A DNA stretch of 64,000 bases from Candidatus Saccharimonadales bacterium. Its GTDB lineage: Bacteria > Chloroflexota > Dormibacteria > Aeolococcales > Aeolococcaceae. A program made the position numbers and the translations under genes. The notes beneath the pieces were generated by a model. The model saw only the letters and a program-made list of their open reading frames with translations, was not told the DNA's origin and did not search any database. Where the stretch lies: NCBI GenBank assembly GCA_035534875.1, contig DATLRB010000060.1, positions 90,241 to 154,240 on the forward strand. Reading direction: 5' to 3'. Positions 1 to 9,001 of the stretch are shown here, one piece after another (positions within the stretch are counted from its first letter, which is position 1; each line of letters starts with the position of its first letter).

Positions 1-794
1 GCATCGCCGGACATTCGAGCTGGAGGCGTCGACCGATGGGGCACGCCCCCCAGCTGAACGGTGTTGACGCGAGCGCCGCCGGTGCAATCGCCAAGGCGTA
101 CCTGGCCGCCCACCCGGAGGGCGGGTGGCTGTCACCCGACGACGCTGTCGCGATCCTTCGCGCCTTCGGCGTCGCGACCGTGCGCGAGCTGAAGGTCTCG
201 TCCCCCGGCGCAGCCGCGGCCGCCGCCGTCCAACTCGAAGGTCCGGTCGCCCTGAAAGCGTTGGGAGCCACCATCCTGCACAAATCCGACGTGGGTGGCG
301 TACGCCTTGATCTGAATGCCCCTGATGACGTCGCGAATGCGTTTTCGGCGATGGCGAACCACCTCGGCGCAGCGATGGAAGGGGCCATCGTGCAACCGAT
401 GCTTCGCGGCGTCGAGCTCATCGCCGGCGTGGTCAGCGACCCGCTCTTCGGCCCGGTCGTGATGTTCGGCAGCGGCGGTACCGCTGTGGAGCTCTTCGGC
501 GATCGAGTGCTCCGTATCCTTCCGCTGACCGATCTGGACGCTCACGAGATGGTGCGGTCGATTCAAGGCGCGCCGCTGCTGTTCGGCCACCGCGGCTCGC
601 CCGCGTGCGACGTCGCCGCGGTCGAAGACGTTCTTCTGCGCGTGGCACGTCTCGCGGATGAGGTTCCGCAGGTTGCCGAGATGGATCTCAACCCCCTGAT
701 CGCCTCGCCCGGTGGTGCGGTGGCGGTTGACGTGCGCATCCGCTTGAGACCCTGGCGCCGGCATGCCGAAACCGAGGTTCGCCGCCTGCGCTGA
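1..794 (+). CDS. ATP-grasp C-terminal domain of an ADP-forming acyl-CoA synthetase / Pat-type protein (5' end probably outside window)
   Basis: The frame is open from base 3 to TGA 792-794 (track ORF 36..794). LEGPVALKA..HKSDVGGVRLDL..GVVSDPLFGPVVMFGSGGTAVE..EMDLNPL is the pattern I associate with the ATP-grasp_5 domain that ends acetate--CoA ligase (ADP-forming)/Pat-like proteins. Start at ATG 36 versus upstream of the window cannot be decided. Confidence 0.6.
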   Translation, partial: IAGHSSWRRRPMGHAPQLNGVDASAAGAIAKAYLAAHPEGGWLSPDDAVAILRAFGVATVRELKVSSPGAAAAAAVQLEGPVALKALGATILHKSDVGGVRLDLNAPDDVANAFSAMANHLGAAMEGAIVQPMLRGVELIAGVVSDPLFGPVVMFGSGGTAVELFGDRVLRILPLTDLDAHEMVRSIQGAPLLFGHRGSPACDVAAVEDVLLRVARLADEVPQVAEMDLNPLIASPGGAVAVDVRIRLRPWRRHAETEVRRLR

Positions 795-970
795 CCGCCC
801 CGCAGGGCCGGATGTCATCGAGGGGGGACGGACGTATGGCCCCTGTGGCATGGGAATTCAACCCGGAAATGTCGTGGCTTGCGGCTCTGTTGCCGGAGCC
901 TGGTCCGGCCCGAGCATGTGCATCAAGGTCATATGGATCTTGAGAATCACAAACACAAAGGGACACAGCC

Positions 971-1564
971 ATGACGAATGGACTTCGTTGGCGGATCTTC
1001 GTCCTGCAGGTCGGTCTGATCGGCATCCTCGCGTTCGTGAGCGGGTTCGCCTTCTGGGCGAGCAACTTCGCGACGTCGACCGTGCATGACCAGCTCGCGG
1101 CTCAGCAGATCTACTTCCCGGCCGCAGGCTCGTCTGCAATCACCTCCCTGCCGAAGGCGGACGCCACGGCCATGACCCAATACGCGGGTCAGGAGCTTCT
1201 CACCGGCCAGCAGGCTGAGGTCTATGCCAACAACTTCATCAATGTGCATCTCGGCGAGATCGCAGGCGGCAAGACGTACTCGCAGCTCAGCACTGCAGCC
1301 CAGGCCGCTCCCAATGACACCAAGCTCGCCGGCGAGGTGGCGACCATCTTCAAGGGCACCACGCTTCGCAGCATGCTGCTGAATGCCTACGGCTGGGGTC
1401 AGATCGGTCAGTTCGCGGGGTACGCGGCCATCGGGCTCGCGGTGGCGGCTGGCGCGGTCCTTGCCACCTTCCTCTTCGAGATCGTCCGCTGGCGCGAGAC
1501 GGTGACTGCCGGACGGACGAGCCGCCCGGCGGGACAGTCGACGACGGTCCGGCAGCACGCATAA
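971..1564 (+). CDS. hypothetical membrane protein (N- and C-terminal TM helices, large extracytoplasmic middle)
   Basis: ATG is preceded by AAAGGGA. Hydrophobic helices are WRIFVLQVGLIGILAFVSGFAFW and YAAIGLAVAAGAVLATFLF. Composition is protein-like, unlike the Arg-rich antisense ORF 947..1558. A strong hairpin terminator follows. Confidence 0.6.
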   Translation: MTNGLRWRIFVLQVGLIGILAFVSGFAFWASNFATSTVHDQLAAQQIYFPAAGSSAITSLPKADATAMTQYAGQELLTGQQAEVYANNFINVHLGEIAGGKTYSQLSTAAQAAPNDTKLAGEVATIFKGTTLRSMLLNAYGWGQIGQFAGYAAIGLAVAAGAVLATFLFEIVRWRETVTAGRTSRPAGQSTTVRQHA

Positions 1565-1592
1565 GGATCACTCAGGGCTCGGTCCCTTTGGT

Positions 1593-1628
1593 GACCCGCC
1601 GGCCTTCGGGCCGGCGGGTCATCGTTTT
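1593..1628. terminator. intrinsic terminator hairpin between convergent genes
   Basis: GACCCGCCGGCC-TTCG-GGCCGGCGGGTC forms a 12-bp perfect stem with a GNRA-like tetraloop. It is followed by ATCGTTTT and lies 29 nt after the stop of 971..1564. Confidence 0.6.
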
Positions 1629-1752
1629 CATGTCCGCTCTGCGCTGACGAGGGCGTCGGTCAGTCTGTCGATGCCGGCAAGTCTCGCGGCAAGCTGAGCA
1701 CTGAGGTCATACCGGCGGCAAGCGTGCTCGGTGCCGTGCGCCTTCTTCGGGC

Positions 1753-2124
1753 TCAGTGGTGGAGCCGCGTCCTGTCGATATCGGCGTGGTTCATGCCGAA
1801 GTAATGCGCGACCTCGTGCAACACCGTGTCGTGCACCTGGTCCACGAGCTCGGCGCGCGTCCAGCACCACTTTTCAATGTGGTGCTGCAGGAGCACGATC
1901 CGCTTTGGATAGCCCGATGGGCTGAAGGTCGACTCGTTCGCGCCCTGAAAGTAGCCGAGCACTCGATCGTCGATGCCCCTGCCACGATCGTCGGCGGTGG
2001 CCTCCGGCTGGATCGTGATCAGGAGATTGTCGGCATCCATCTGGGCGCGGAGCGCGGGCGGAATGCTCTCGAGAGCATCGGCGGCAATGCGCTCGAACTC
2101 GTCTGCGGAGACGTGATACGCCAC
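1753..2124 (-). CDS. zincin-like metallopeptidase family protein (Zn-dependent, DUF1025/Zincin_1-like)
   Basis: 123 aa with GTG start. The HEVAHYFG motif (HExxH) sits near the C-terminus, and the size and layout are typical of the small 'possible zinc metallopeptidase' family. Confidence 0.75.
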   Translation of the reverse strand: MAYHVSADEFERIAADALESIPPALRAQMDADNLLITIQPEATADDRGRGIDDRVLGYFQGANESTFSPSGYPKRIVLLQHHIEKWCWTRAELVDQVHDTVLHEVAHYFGMNHADIDRTRLHH

Positions 2125-2291
2125 GCGGTGAGAATGTCACACGGCCCGAGCCGGACGGCCGCCGGAGGGGTCGTGTTCGAGTGCTGCCCACACCCGTCGC
2201 GGCACTCGTGAGGAGGGTCGCCAATCTCGGGTGATCGACCGTGGGCGCGTGCGGCGGCGCCGCCGCCCGCTTGCCCTATCCTCGTCGGGCC

Positions 2292-3308
2292 ATGGGAGTC
2301 CAGCACATCGGCGACGCCATCGAGGTCTCGGCGCTGCACAAGTCGTTTGGCAAGGTGCACGCGCTGCGCGGCATCGACTTCACCGTTCCGCGCGGCAGCG
2401 TGCTCGGCATGCTCGGTCCCAACGGCGCGGGGAAGACCACCGCGGTTCGTGTCCTGACGACGTTGTTGCGACCCGACTCCGGGCGGGTCGTCATCGAGGG
2501 ATACGACGTGGTTCGGGATGCTGCAGCGGTGCGCCGCCGCATCGGGCTCGCCGGCCAGGCGACCGCGATCCAGCTCGAGCTGACCGGCCGCGAGAACCTC
2601 GAGATCATGGGCCGGCTCAGTCACATGCCGCGAGGGAGCGTCCGGGGGCGCGCCGCCGAATTGCTCGTGCGCTTCGAGATCGCGGACGCCGCCGACCGTC
2701 CCGCCAAGACCTATTCGGGGGGCATGCAGCGCCGCCTCGATCTCGCAGCCAGCCTGATCGCCGAACCCTCGGTGCTGTTTCTTGACGAGCCGACCACCGG
2801 CCTCGATCCCCACGGGCGTCTCGGGATGTGGGAGATCATCCGCGAGCTCGTCGGCCGCGGGACCACGCTGCTGCTCACGACGCAGTATCTCGACGAGGCT
2901 GACGAGCTCGCGAACACGATCGTCGTTGTCGACCGCGGTGAGGTCATCGCCTCGGGGACGCCGGACCAGCTCAAGGACCAGGTCGGCGGCGATCTTCTCG
3001 AATTCACGGTTCCTGACCGCGCGCGAATCGATGAGGCGGTGCAGGCAGTCGCCGGACTGTCCGATGCCGCCCCGACCGTCGAGACGGAGTCCAGGCGGAT
3101 CAAGGTTGCCGTCGGCAGCCACGGATCCACCGCACTCGTGGAGGCGGTGCGCCGGCTCGACGCCGCCGGCGTCGAGACCGAGGATCTCGCGCTCCACCGG
3201 CCTTCGCTCGACGACGTCTTTCTCGCCGTCACCGGTCACGCGGCTGAAGCGTCGTCGAATGACCGCGGCCACGCGCACAAGAGCCCATCGACGGGGGTGC
3301 CGGCGTGA
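2292..3308 (+). CDS. ABC transporter ATP-binding protein, DrrA/daunorubicin-resistance-like
   Basis: Walker A GPNGAGKTT, signature YSGGMQRRL and Walker B LFLDEPTTGLD are present, plus the C-terminal DrrA-type extension. I prefer ATG 2292 (MGVQHIGDAIEV..) over the track start 2241, whose extra residues are Ala/Arg-rich filler. Confidence 0.9.
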   Translation: MGVQHIGDAIEVSALHKSFGKVHALRGIDFTVPRGSVLGMLGPNGAGKTTAVRVLTTLLRPDSGRVVIEGYDVVRDAAAVRRRIGLAGQATAIQLELTGRENLEIMGRLSHMPRGSVRGRAAELLVRFEIADAADRPAKTYSGGMQRRLDLAASLIAEPSVLFLDEPTTGLDPHGRLGMWEIIRELVGRGTTLLLTTQYLDEADELANTIVVVDRGEVIASGTPDQLKDQVGGDLLEFTVPDRARIDEAVQAVAGLSDAAPTVETESRRIKVAVGSHGSTALVEAVRRLDAAGVETEDLALHRPSLDDVFLAVTGHAAEASSNDRGHAHKSPSTGVPA

Positions 3309-4132
3309 CCGTGCTCGCAGAGCCCGAGATCACCAGAAGCCGTCCTGACGCATCGCAGATGGCGCGCTGGGCGATTAGCGACGCGCTGGTCATGACCCGG
3401 CGCAATCTCCTGGTGTGGCTTCGCGTTCCGGCCTACATCGTGTTCACGGTCGTGCAGCCGGTCATCTTCGTGCTGCTCTTCCGGTACGTGTTCGGCGGAG
3501 CCATTGCGGCGCCCGGATCAGGCGGATATGTCGACTACCTGATGCCGGGCATCATCGGACAGACGGCGGCGTTCGCCACCTTTGCGACCGCGATTGCGCT
3601 GGCGCAGGAGGCGACAAAAGGAGTCATCGACCGCTTCCGCGCCATGCCCATGGCGCGCTCCGCCGTGCTTGCCGGCAGGCTGATCGCGGACTCGATTCGC
3701 ATGCTGATCGTCATCCTCGTGATCATCGGGGTTGGCTACGCGGTCGGTTTCCGCTTTCAGAATGGGGTGGGCGGGGCCGTCGGCATGGTGCTGCTCGCCG
3801 AGGCATTCGGTGTCACGGTGTGCTCGGTGTCCGCATTCGTCGGTCTCGCGATCAAGGACGAGGAATCGGTCCAGGCCTTTGGTCTGATCTGGATATTCCC
3901 GCTCACCTTTGTCAGCTCGGCGTTCGTACCGATCGCGACCATGCCCGGCTGGCTCCAGGTGTTCGCGAACAATCAACCGGTGACGCTCGTGATCAATGCC
4001 ATGCGCGCGATGGCGCTCGGCGGCCCGCAGTTTCCGCTGAACCCGGCCCTCTGGGAGAGCCTCGTGTGGCTCGCCGGCGTTCTGATCGTGTTCGTCCCAC
4101 TCGCCGTGCGGAGCTACCGCCGGGTTGGTTAG
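3305..4132 (+). CDS. ABC-2 type transporter permease (DrrB-like)
   Basis: GTG overlaps the upstream stop (GTGA). The protein has 6 predicted TM helices and an ABC-2 membrane-protein composition, and is paired with the DrrA-like ATPase. Confidence 0.85.
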   Translation: MTVLAEPEITRSRPDASQMARWAISDALVMTRRNLLVWLRVPAYIVFTVVQPVIFVLLFRYVFGGAIAAPGSGGYVDYLMPGIIGQTAAFATFATAIALAQEATKGVIDRFRAMPMARSAVLAGRLIADSIRMLIVILVIIGVGYAVGFRFQNGVGGAVGMVLLAEAFGVTVCSVSAFVGLAIKDEESVQAFGLIWIFPLTFVSSAFVPIATMPGWLQVFANNQPVTLVINAMRAMALGGPQFPLNPALWESLVWLAGVLIVFVPLAVRSYRRVG

Positions 4133-4138
4133 ACCGAG

Positions 4139-7108
4139 CTACTGAAACCAGCCCTCGATATCGAGGATCGCGTTGACGTTCCCGGCGCCGTTGTAGAGGC
4201 GCACGTCGCCGATCGCCGAGTCGGTGGTGTCGAGCTGCACCACGACGAGATTGGCGAGCACCGCCCCCGCGGCGATGTTGATGTCAGACGCGAGTGGGCG
4301 GTTCAGGTTTGCCGGGTAGAGCGCGAGGTATGTCCCCTGGCTCGGGGCCACACCGGTGAGGTTGCCGATCACCGCCTGGACCACCGGGCTTCCCGAGGGG
4401 ATCCCGTACACCCCCGCGACCCTGACCAGCTGTGACGCGGCGGGCCCGAGCCCGGACCCCGAGCAGCGCACCCCGGATGCCGCGCGTGTGTCGCACACCC
4501 TCGTCGGACCGACCGCCTGGTACTGGTAGCCGGTCGCCGCCGCCGCGCTCCCGAACCAGCCGTTCGCGTCGACGTAGATGTTGATGCTGCCGACCGCGTT
4601 GAAGATACAGATCGACGTGTCGGGGCCTCCTGTCGCGGCGGGACCCAGGGCCACCATCACGCGATTCGCGACGACGGCGCCGGCGGCGAGATTGAGCGTT
4701 GAGAACGGCGGCGCGTGGGAGCCGGTATACGCGCAGGTGCCGCTTGACGTGGTCGGGAACACGCTGAGATAGGTGGACGCGGTGCCCGCGATGCCGGCAA
4801 GGTTCAGCACCGCCACGGCGGCGTTCGTCGCGGGAATCGCGTCGCCTCCCGACCCGGCCACATTGACGATCAGCGGCTGTGCGCTCTGCAGCGCTCCGTG
4901 CGCCTGGCATCGGGTGGGCGTCACGTTCTTTCGTGTGTCGCAGACGCGAACCGGGGCGATGGGATGGAACTCGCCCGCCGGATCACTCGCGGTGTCGGGT
5001 TCGAAGTAGCCTTCGACGTCAGCCACGACGTCGACAGTCCCCAGCGGGTTGTAGATGTTGACCTCGCGGTTGGCATCCGACAGGCCGTTCTGGCCGAGGG
5101 TCACCGTCACGAGGTTGGCGGTGGCCGTGTGGGCGAGGAAGTTGATGTTGGAGGCAAGCGGCCGGCCGGTCCCGTTCGGGTACACCGTGAGCAGGCTGAA
5201 CGTGTTGTCGTTCACCGCTGTCACGTTGAGGGCCACTGCGGTGGCGGTGCTCGGGATCGGATCGGCTCCGCTCGGCAGGCCGCCCACACCGGTGACCTGC
5301 AGGGTGCGCGTCACGCCTGGACCCAGCGCCCCGGTGCCGCACTGGATGCAGTTGGCGGCGCGCGTGTCCAGGAGGCGGAACGGCGTGACCGGAACGTACG
5401 CCGCAAGGCCGGTGTAGAAGTAACCCGACCCCGGTGTGAGCGCGCTGGTCCCCAGCGTGTCAGCAACCTGAACCTGGACGTAGCCGGCGGTGCCGGCCGG
5501 TGTCGTGAAGGTGAACGATGTCGACGTCACGGCCGTGGGAGTCACTGACACACCACCGATCGTCGCGGTCATCGTCACCCCTGACTGAAACCCGGCGCCG
5601 TGGACGGTCACGGTCTGACCGCCGGCGGTCGGACCGGCAGCGGGTGAGACCGTGCTGATGTCGGGCCCGTCGGGCACGGCGTCGACCTGGTTGCCGCCCT
5701 CGACGTAGATCATGCCGTTCGAGGCTGACGGCGAGGTGAAGTGGTTGCTGCCGCTGATCGCGTAGCGCGCCAGCAGGCTGCCGTCGGATGCGTCGTACTG
5801 GTTGAGCGTGCCGCCTCCGCTGCTCACCGACCACACGCCGCCGCCCACAACGATGGGCGGTTTATCGGAAGCCTGGCCGGTGTTGTGCCACGCCAGCGAG
5901 AAATTGGTGTTCGACGGGGCGATCCGCACCGCCTGGAGCCCATCGCTGCATCCCACGAACACGGTCTCGACCCCGCCGACCAGGCTGTATGCCAGGCTTC
6001 CGAAGGCGGCGTCGCTGAATGCGGAACAGACACGGTGGGATGCGAGACCGCCGCTGACGTGACCGAGGCCGGCACTGTTGAGCAGGTATCCCATGCCACT
6101 CTTGCCGACCTGAAAGACACGGTTCCCGGGGAGTTGCAGCGGAGTGCTCGACCCGAGGTCGGCGTCACTCGCGTTGTCCTGCCACCACGTCGGACCGCCG
6201 TCGTGGTTCGCGTCGACGACTCCGCTGGGAGCGAAGTAGTCGGCGAGACTCAGGCTCGGGGCCGTGAGTTTGATGACGCCGTCGCTCTCGTCATACGCGT
6301 CACCGCTGCTCGTCTCGTTGCTGTTGCCGGTGGCGACAAACACGTTCCCGCTGGAATCCACCGACGCTCCTCCCGCCGCCCAGGCGCCGGCCTCCATGTC
6401 TGTGGAGGTGAGCGACGCGGACGACCACCACTGGACGGTGCCGGTCCCGGTCTCGGGATACGCGATCACGTAGCCTCGATATCCATCGGTGCTGTTGCTC
6501 GGATTGGTGCAGTCGCCGGCAAGGCCGCCCAGGGTCGCGTAGACCTCGCCCCCCGCGATCGTCAGGGCCCCGCGCTGCTGCTGGTAGTTGGCGTCGAAGT
6601 TGATGCCGCCCCTGTTACCGGGGTCGATGTTCACATCCCGCGTGATGGCACCGGTCGACAGTGACAGGGTCACGAGATCGAATTCGAACCTGGTCGGCGT
6701 GTCCTGCTTCTCCGCCACCACGAAGACGTTGCCCGCGTCGATCACCGGGGTCCCGGTGATTCCGAGCGGGTCGATGTCCCCACAGGGGAAGTTCGCGGTT
6801 CGGGGTGGGCCGATGCCGATGTGCGTGGTCCACTCAACCTGTCCGGTCGCCGCGTTCAGCGAGTACACGGTGTCGTTCTCGGTCGCGGCGATGAGCCGAC
6901 CACCCACGATCACCGGCTGCCCGTAGAGCTGTCCGTCCAGCGGTGTCGACGTCCAGGGCGCAGTGCCACTGACCGCCTGGTCCGTCGTGTCGTCGCCCTG
7001 GCGTGTGTTGTTGCCGTGGTACGTAGGCCAGTCGGCGGCCGCCTGGGTCGCGGTCAGCAGCGGCGCGAGAGCCGCGAGGGCGATGATCAGCCGGCGCACG
7101 CCGAGCAT
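4139..7108 (-). CDS. secreted PQQ-like beta-propeller / IPT-TIG protein with three C-terminal repeat modules
   Basis: The signal peptide is MLGVRRLIIALAALAPLLTATQAAADW. WPTYHGNNTRQG..LYGQPVIVGGRLIAATENDTVYSLNAATGQVEW is typical of PQQ-like/BamB-like propeller repeats. VSPAAGPTAGGQTVTVHGAGFQSG..FTFTTPAGTAGYVQVQV is IPT/TIG-like. Three ~140-aa modules follow. Confidence 0.85.
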   Translation of the reverse strand: MLGVRRLIIALAALAPLLTATQAAADWPTYHGNNTRQGDDTTDQAVSGTAPWTSTPLDGQLYGQPVIVGGRLIAATENDTVYSLNAATGQVEWTTHIGIGPPRTANFPCGDIDPLGITGTPVIDAGNVFVVAEKQDTPTRFEFDLVTLSLSTGAITRDVNIDPGNRGGINFDANYQQQRGALTIAGGEVYATLGGLAGDCTNPSNSTDGYRGYVIAYPETGTGTVQWWSSASLTSTDMEAGAWAAGGASVDSSGNVFVATGNSNETSSGDAYDESDGVIKLTAPSLSLADYFAPSGVVDANHDGGPTWWQDNASDADLGSSTPLQLPGNRVFQVGKSGMGYLLNSAGLGHVSGGLASHRVCSAFSDAAFGSLAYSLVGGVETVFVGCSDGLQAVRIAPSNTNFSLAWHNTGQASDKPPIVVGGGVWSVSSGGGTLNQYDASDGSLLARYAISGSNHFTSPSASNGMIYVEGGNQVDAVPDGPDISTVSPAAGPTAGGQTVTVHGAGFQSGVTMTATIGGVSVTPTAVTSTSFTFTTPAGTAGYVQVQVADTLGTSALTPGSGYFYTGLAAYVPVTPFRLLDTRAANCIQCGTGALGPGVTRTLQVTGVGGLPSGADPIPSTATAVALNVTAVNDNTFSLLTVYPNGTGRPLASNINFLAHTATANLVTVTLGQNGLSDANREVNIYNPLGTVDVVADVEGYFEPDTASDPAGEFHPIAPVRVCDTRKNVTPTRCQAHGALQSAQPLIVNVAGSGGDAIPATNAAVAVLNLAGIAGTASTYLSVFPTTSSGTCAYTGSHAPPFSTLNLAAGAVVANRVMVALGPAATGGPDTSICIFNAVGSINIYVDANGWFGSAAAATGYQYQAVGPTRVCDTRAASGVRCSGSGLGPAASQLVRVAGVYGIPSGSPVVQAVIGNLTGVAPSQGTYLALYPANLNRPLASDINIAAGAVLANLVVVQLDTTDSAIGDVRLYNGAGNVNAILDIEGWFQ
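4142..5398 (-). repeat. 3 tandem protein-level modules (~140 aa each) with PxR(L/V)xDTR signature
   Basis: The modules start YVPVTPFRLLDTR, FHPIAPVRVCDTR and YQAVGPTRVCDTR. Each contains L(T/S)V(Y/F)P..G..RP(L)AS(N/D)IN and ends (D/N)(V/A)xG(Y/W)F. Confidence 0.6.
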
Positions 7109-7180
7109 TGTCAGCCTAGTCCGGGCATACGCATGACATTCTCGTCACAGCGCTTCGCTCGGTGCCGTACCCTCTGAGCC

Positions 7181-8950
7181 CTGGACGGCTCTCGATGGCT
7201 CGACAGCTCGGAGCTTCGCATCGGCCTCGGCTGCATGCGCCTCTCAACCGACGCCGACGGTGAGGATGCGGCCGCTCTCGAAACCATCGCGGCTGCGGCT
7301 GAAGCGGGGATCACCATCTTTGACACCGCGCACGCATACGGCGCCGGCGAGACACCGTTGGGCCGCAACGAGCGTCTCGTCGGTCGAGCGCTCCGCCACT
7401 GCGGCGCGGCTCGGCGCGCGAGGATCATCAGCAAAGGCGGAATGACCCGGGTTGGCGGCGGGTGGATTCCGGACGGTCGCGCCCGGGCGATCCGCGCCGA
7501 TTGCGAAGCGAGCCTCGCCGCTCTGGACGGCCTCGCCATCGACCTCTACCTCATCCACGCCCCGGATCCGCGAGTCCCCTGGCACACGTCGGTGCGCGCG
7601 CTGGCAGCGCTGCTGCGCGACGGGGCCGTTGGTCACGTGGGGCTGGCGAATGTCAACCGCCGGGAGCTGGAGGAGGCGTGCGAGCTCGTCGACGTCGCCG
7701 GCATCCAGGTGGGCCTCAGCCTGCTCGACGACAGCGCCGTCAGAGGAGGGCTCGTCGAATTCTGCGCCGAGCGAGGCATCGCCGTGATCGCCCACTCTCC
7801 GCTCGGCGGCGTGCGGCGGGCGCCGTCGCTCGCTCGCCGCACGGAGCTGGTGGACATCGCGCGCAGCCGGAACGCGACCCCCGAGGAGGTGGCCCTCGCA
7901 TGGGTGCTCGGCCTGTCCCCCGTTGTCGTCGCGATACCGGGAGCACGGCATCCGGCAACGGTTCGCTCAGCCGCCCGGTCGGTGGCGCTCAACCTCGAGC
8001 GGAGCGATCGGGAACGGATCGCGAGCGGCTTCGCCTGGCCGCAAGCGCGAACGGCCGCATCCGCGGCGATACCCGTCGGCGATGCCGAGGTCGTCCTGGT
8101 GATGGGGATTCCCGGCGCCGGGAAGAGCCGCCATGCCGAGGAGTACGTGGCACGCGGCTACGTTCGTCTGAACCGCGACGACCGCGGAGGATCGCTCCGC
8201 GACCTCAACGAAGCGCTCGGCGAGACGCTCGCGTCGGGTGCGCGGCGAATCGTTCTCGACAACACCTACCTGACTCGCGCTTCCCGAAGCCACGTGATCG
8301 AGGTGGCCGCCCGGCATCACGCCTCGGCACGTTGTGTCTGGATCGACACCCCGCTCGCCCAAGCGCAGGTCAACCTCGTGGAACGCATCCTCGCGCGGTT
8401 CGGCAGGCTGCCCGAACCCGCTGAGTTGCGGGCGATCGGACGCCGGGAGCCGGGGATCATGGTCCCGACCAGCCAGATGCGCACTCTTCGGGAACTCGAA
8501 CCCCCGTCGACCGACGAGGGATTCGCCGTCGTGCAGCGAATCCCATTCCAACGCGGGCCGAAGGCATCGAGGCCGATCGCGATCGCACCCACCGGGGCTG
8601 TCTTCGTAGCCGCTGCTGCGCTCAAGCCCCAGGGTTGGGCGGAGACGATCGCGCTCGCCGCCGCCGACGCGCCCTACCTGGTGTTCGACTGGAGACCCGG
8701 AGCGACGGCTGAGGTCCTTGATGCCGACGTTGATCGACTTTCCGCTCACGTCAAGGGCCACGTGGTGGGGGCGCTCTGCGCGCATCCCGCCGGTGCGCCG
8801 GTGTGCTGGTGCCGGCCACCCCTGCCCGGGCTCGTCGTCGCATTCGCTCGGGCGCATGGTGTCGACACGTCGCTTTCGCTGCTCATCGGTGCGAGCCCGG
8901 CCCATCGCACGCTCGCAACGACGCTCGGGGCGCGCTACCTTCAGGTCTGA
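7181..8950 (+). CDS. fusion protein: aldo/keto reductase + PNKP-like P-loop kinase + degenerate HAD/GmhB-like domain
   Basis: The AKR part is LRIGLGCMRLS..FDTAHAYG..LYLIHAPD..GLANV. The kinase part is VVLVMGIPGAGKS..VLDNTYLTRASR..RCVWIDTPLAQAQVNLVERI. The C-terminal part is CAHPAGAPVCWCRPPLPG, the GmhB-type Cys/His loop. The first ATG is 7235, but the AKR N-terminal motif LRIGLGC lies upstream of it in frame. The only in-frame candidate after stop 7175-7177 is CTG 7181, so the start is uncertain. Confidence 0.75.
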   Translation: MDGSRWLDSSELRIGLGCMRLSTDADGEDAAALETIAAAAEAGITIFDTAHAYGAGETPLGRNERLVGRALRHCGAARRARIISKGGMTRVGGGWIPDGRARAIRADCEASLAALDGLAIDLYLIHAPDPRVPWHTSVRALAALLRDGAVGHVGLANVNRRELEEACELVDVAGIQVGLSLLDDSAVRGGLVEFCAERGIAVIAHSPLGGVRRAPSLARRTELVDIARSRNATPEEVALAWVLGLSPVVVAIPGARHPATVRSAARSVALNLERSDRERIASGFAWPQARTAASAAIPVGDAEVVLVMGIPGAGKSRHAEEYVARGYVRLNRDDRGGSLRDLNEALGETLASGARRIVLDNTYLTRASRSHVIEVAARHHASARCVWIDTPLAQAQVNLVERILARFGRLPEPAELRAIGRREPGIMVPTSQMRTLRELEPPSTDEGFAVVQRIPFQRGPKASRPIAIAPTGAVFVAAAALKPQGWAETIALAAADAPYLVFDWRPGATAEVLDADVDRLSAHVKGHVVGALCAHPAGAPVCWCRPPLPGLVVAFARAHGVDTSLSLLIGASPAHRTLATTLGARYLQV

Positions 8951-9001
8951 GACGCTCGCATCCATCTCCCGTGAAAGTCCGCGCCGGCGAGCGCTGCGGT
9001 C

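Noticed and set aside
2019-3278. 419-aa minus-strand ORF antisense to the DrrA-like ATPase (also 132..851, 7967..8965, 17096..18286, 35204..36250, 36923..38452, 38473..39810, 41625..42752, 42879..44081, 50191..51426, 51447..52490)
   Set aside because: All are antisense or off-frame to genes with strong family motifs. They have Arg/Pro/Gly/His-biased composition and no start-site context. I treated them as GC-driven open frames.
6675-6695. GAATTCGAACC, a T-loop-like tRNA fragment
   Set aside because: It lies inside the secreted propeller CDS with no acceptor or anticodon stems around it. I found no tRNA, rRNA, tmRNA or RNase P signature anywhere in the window by eye.
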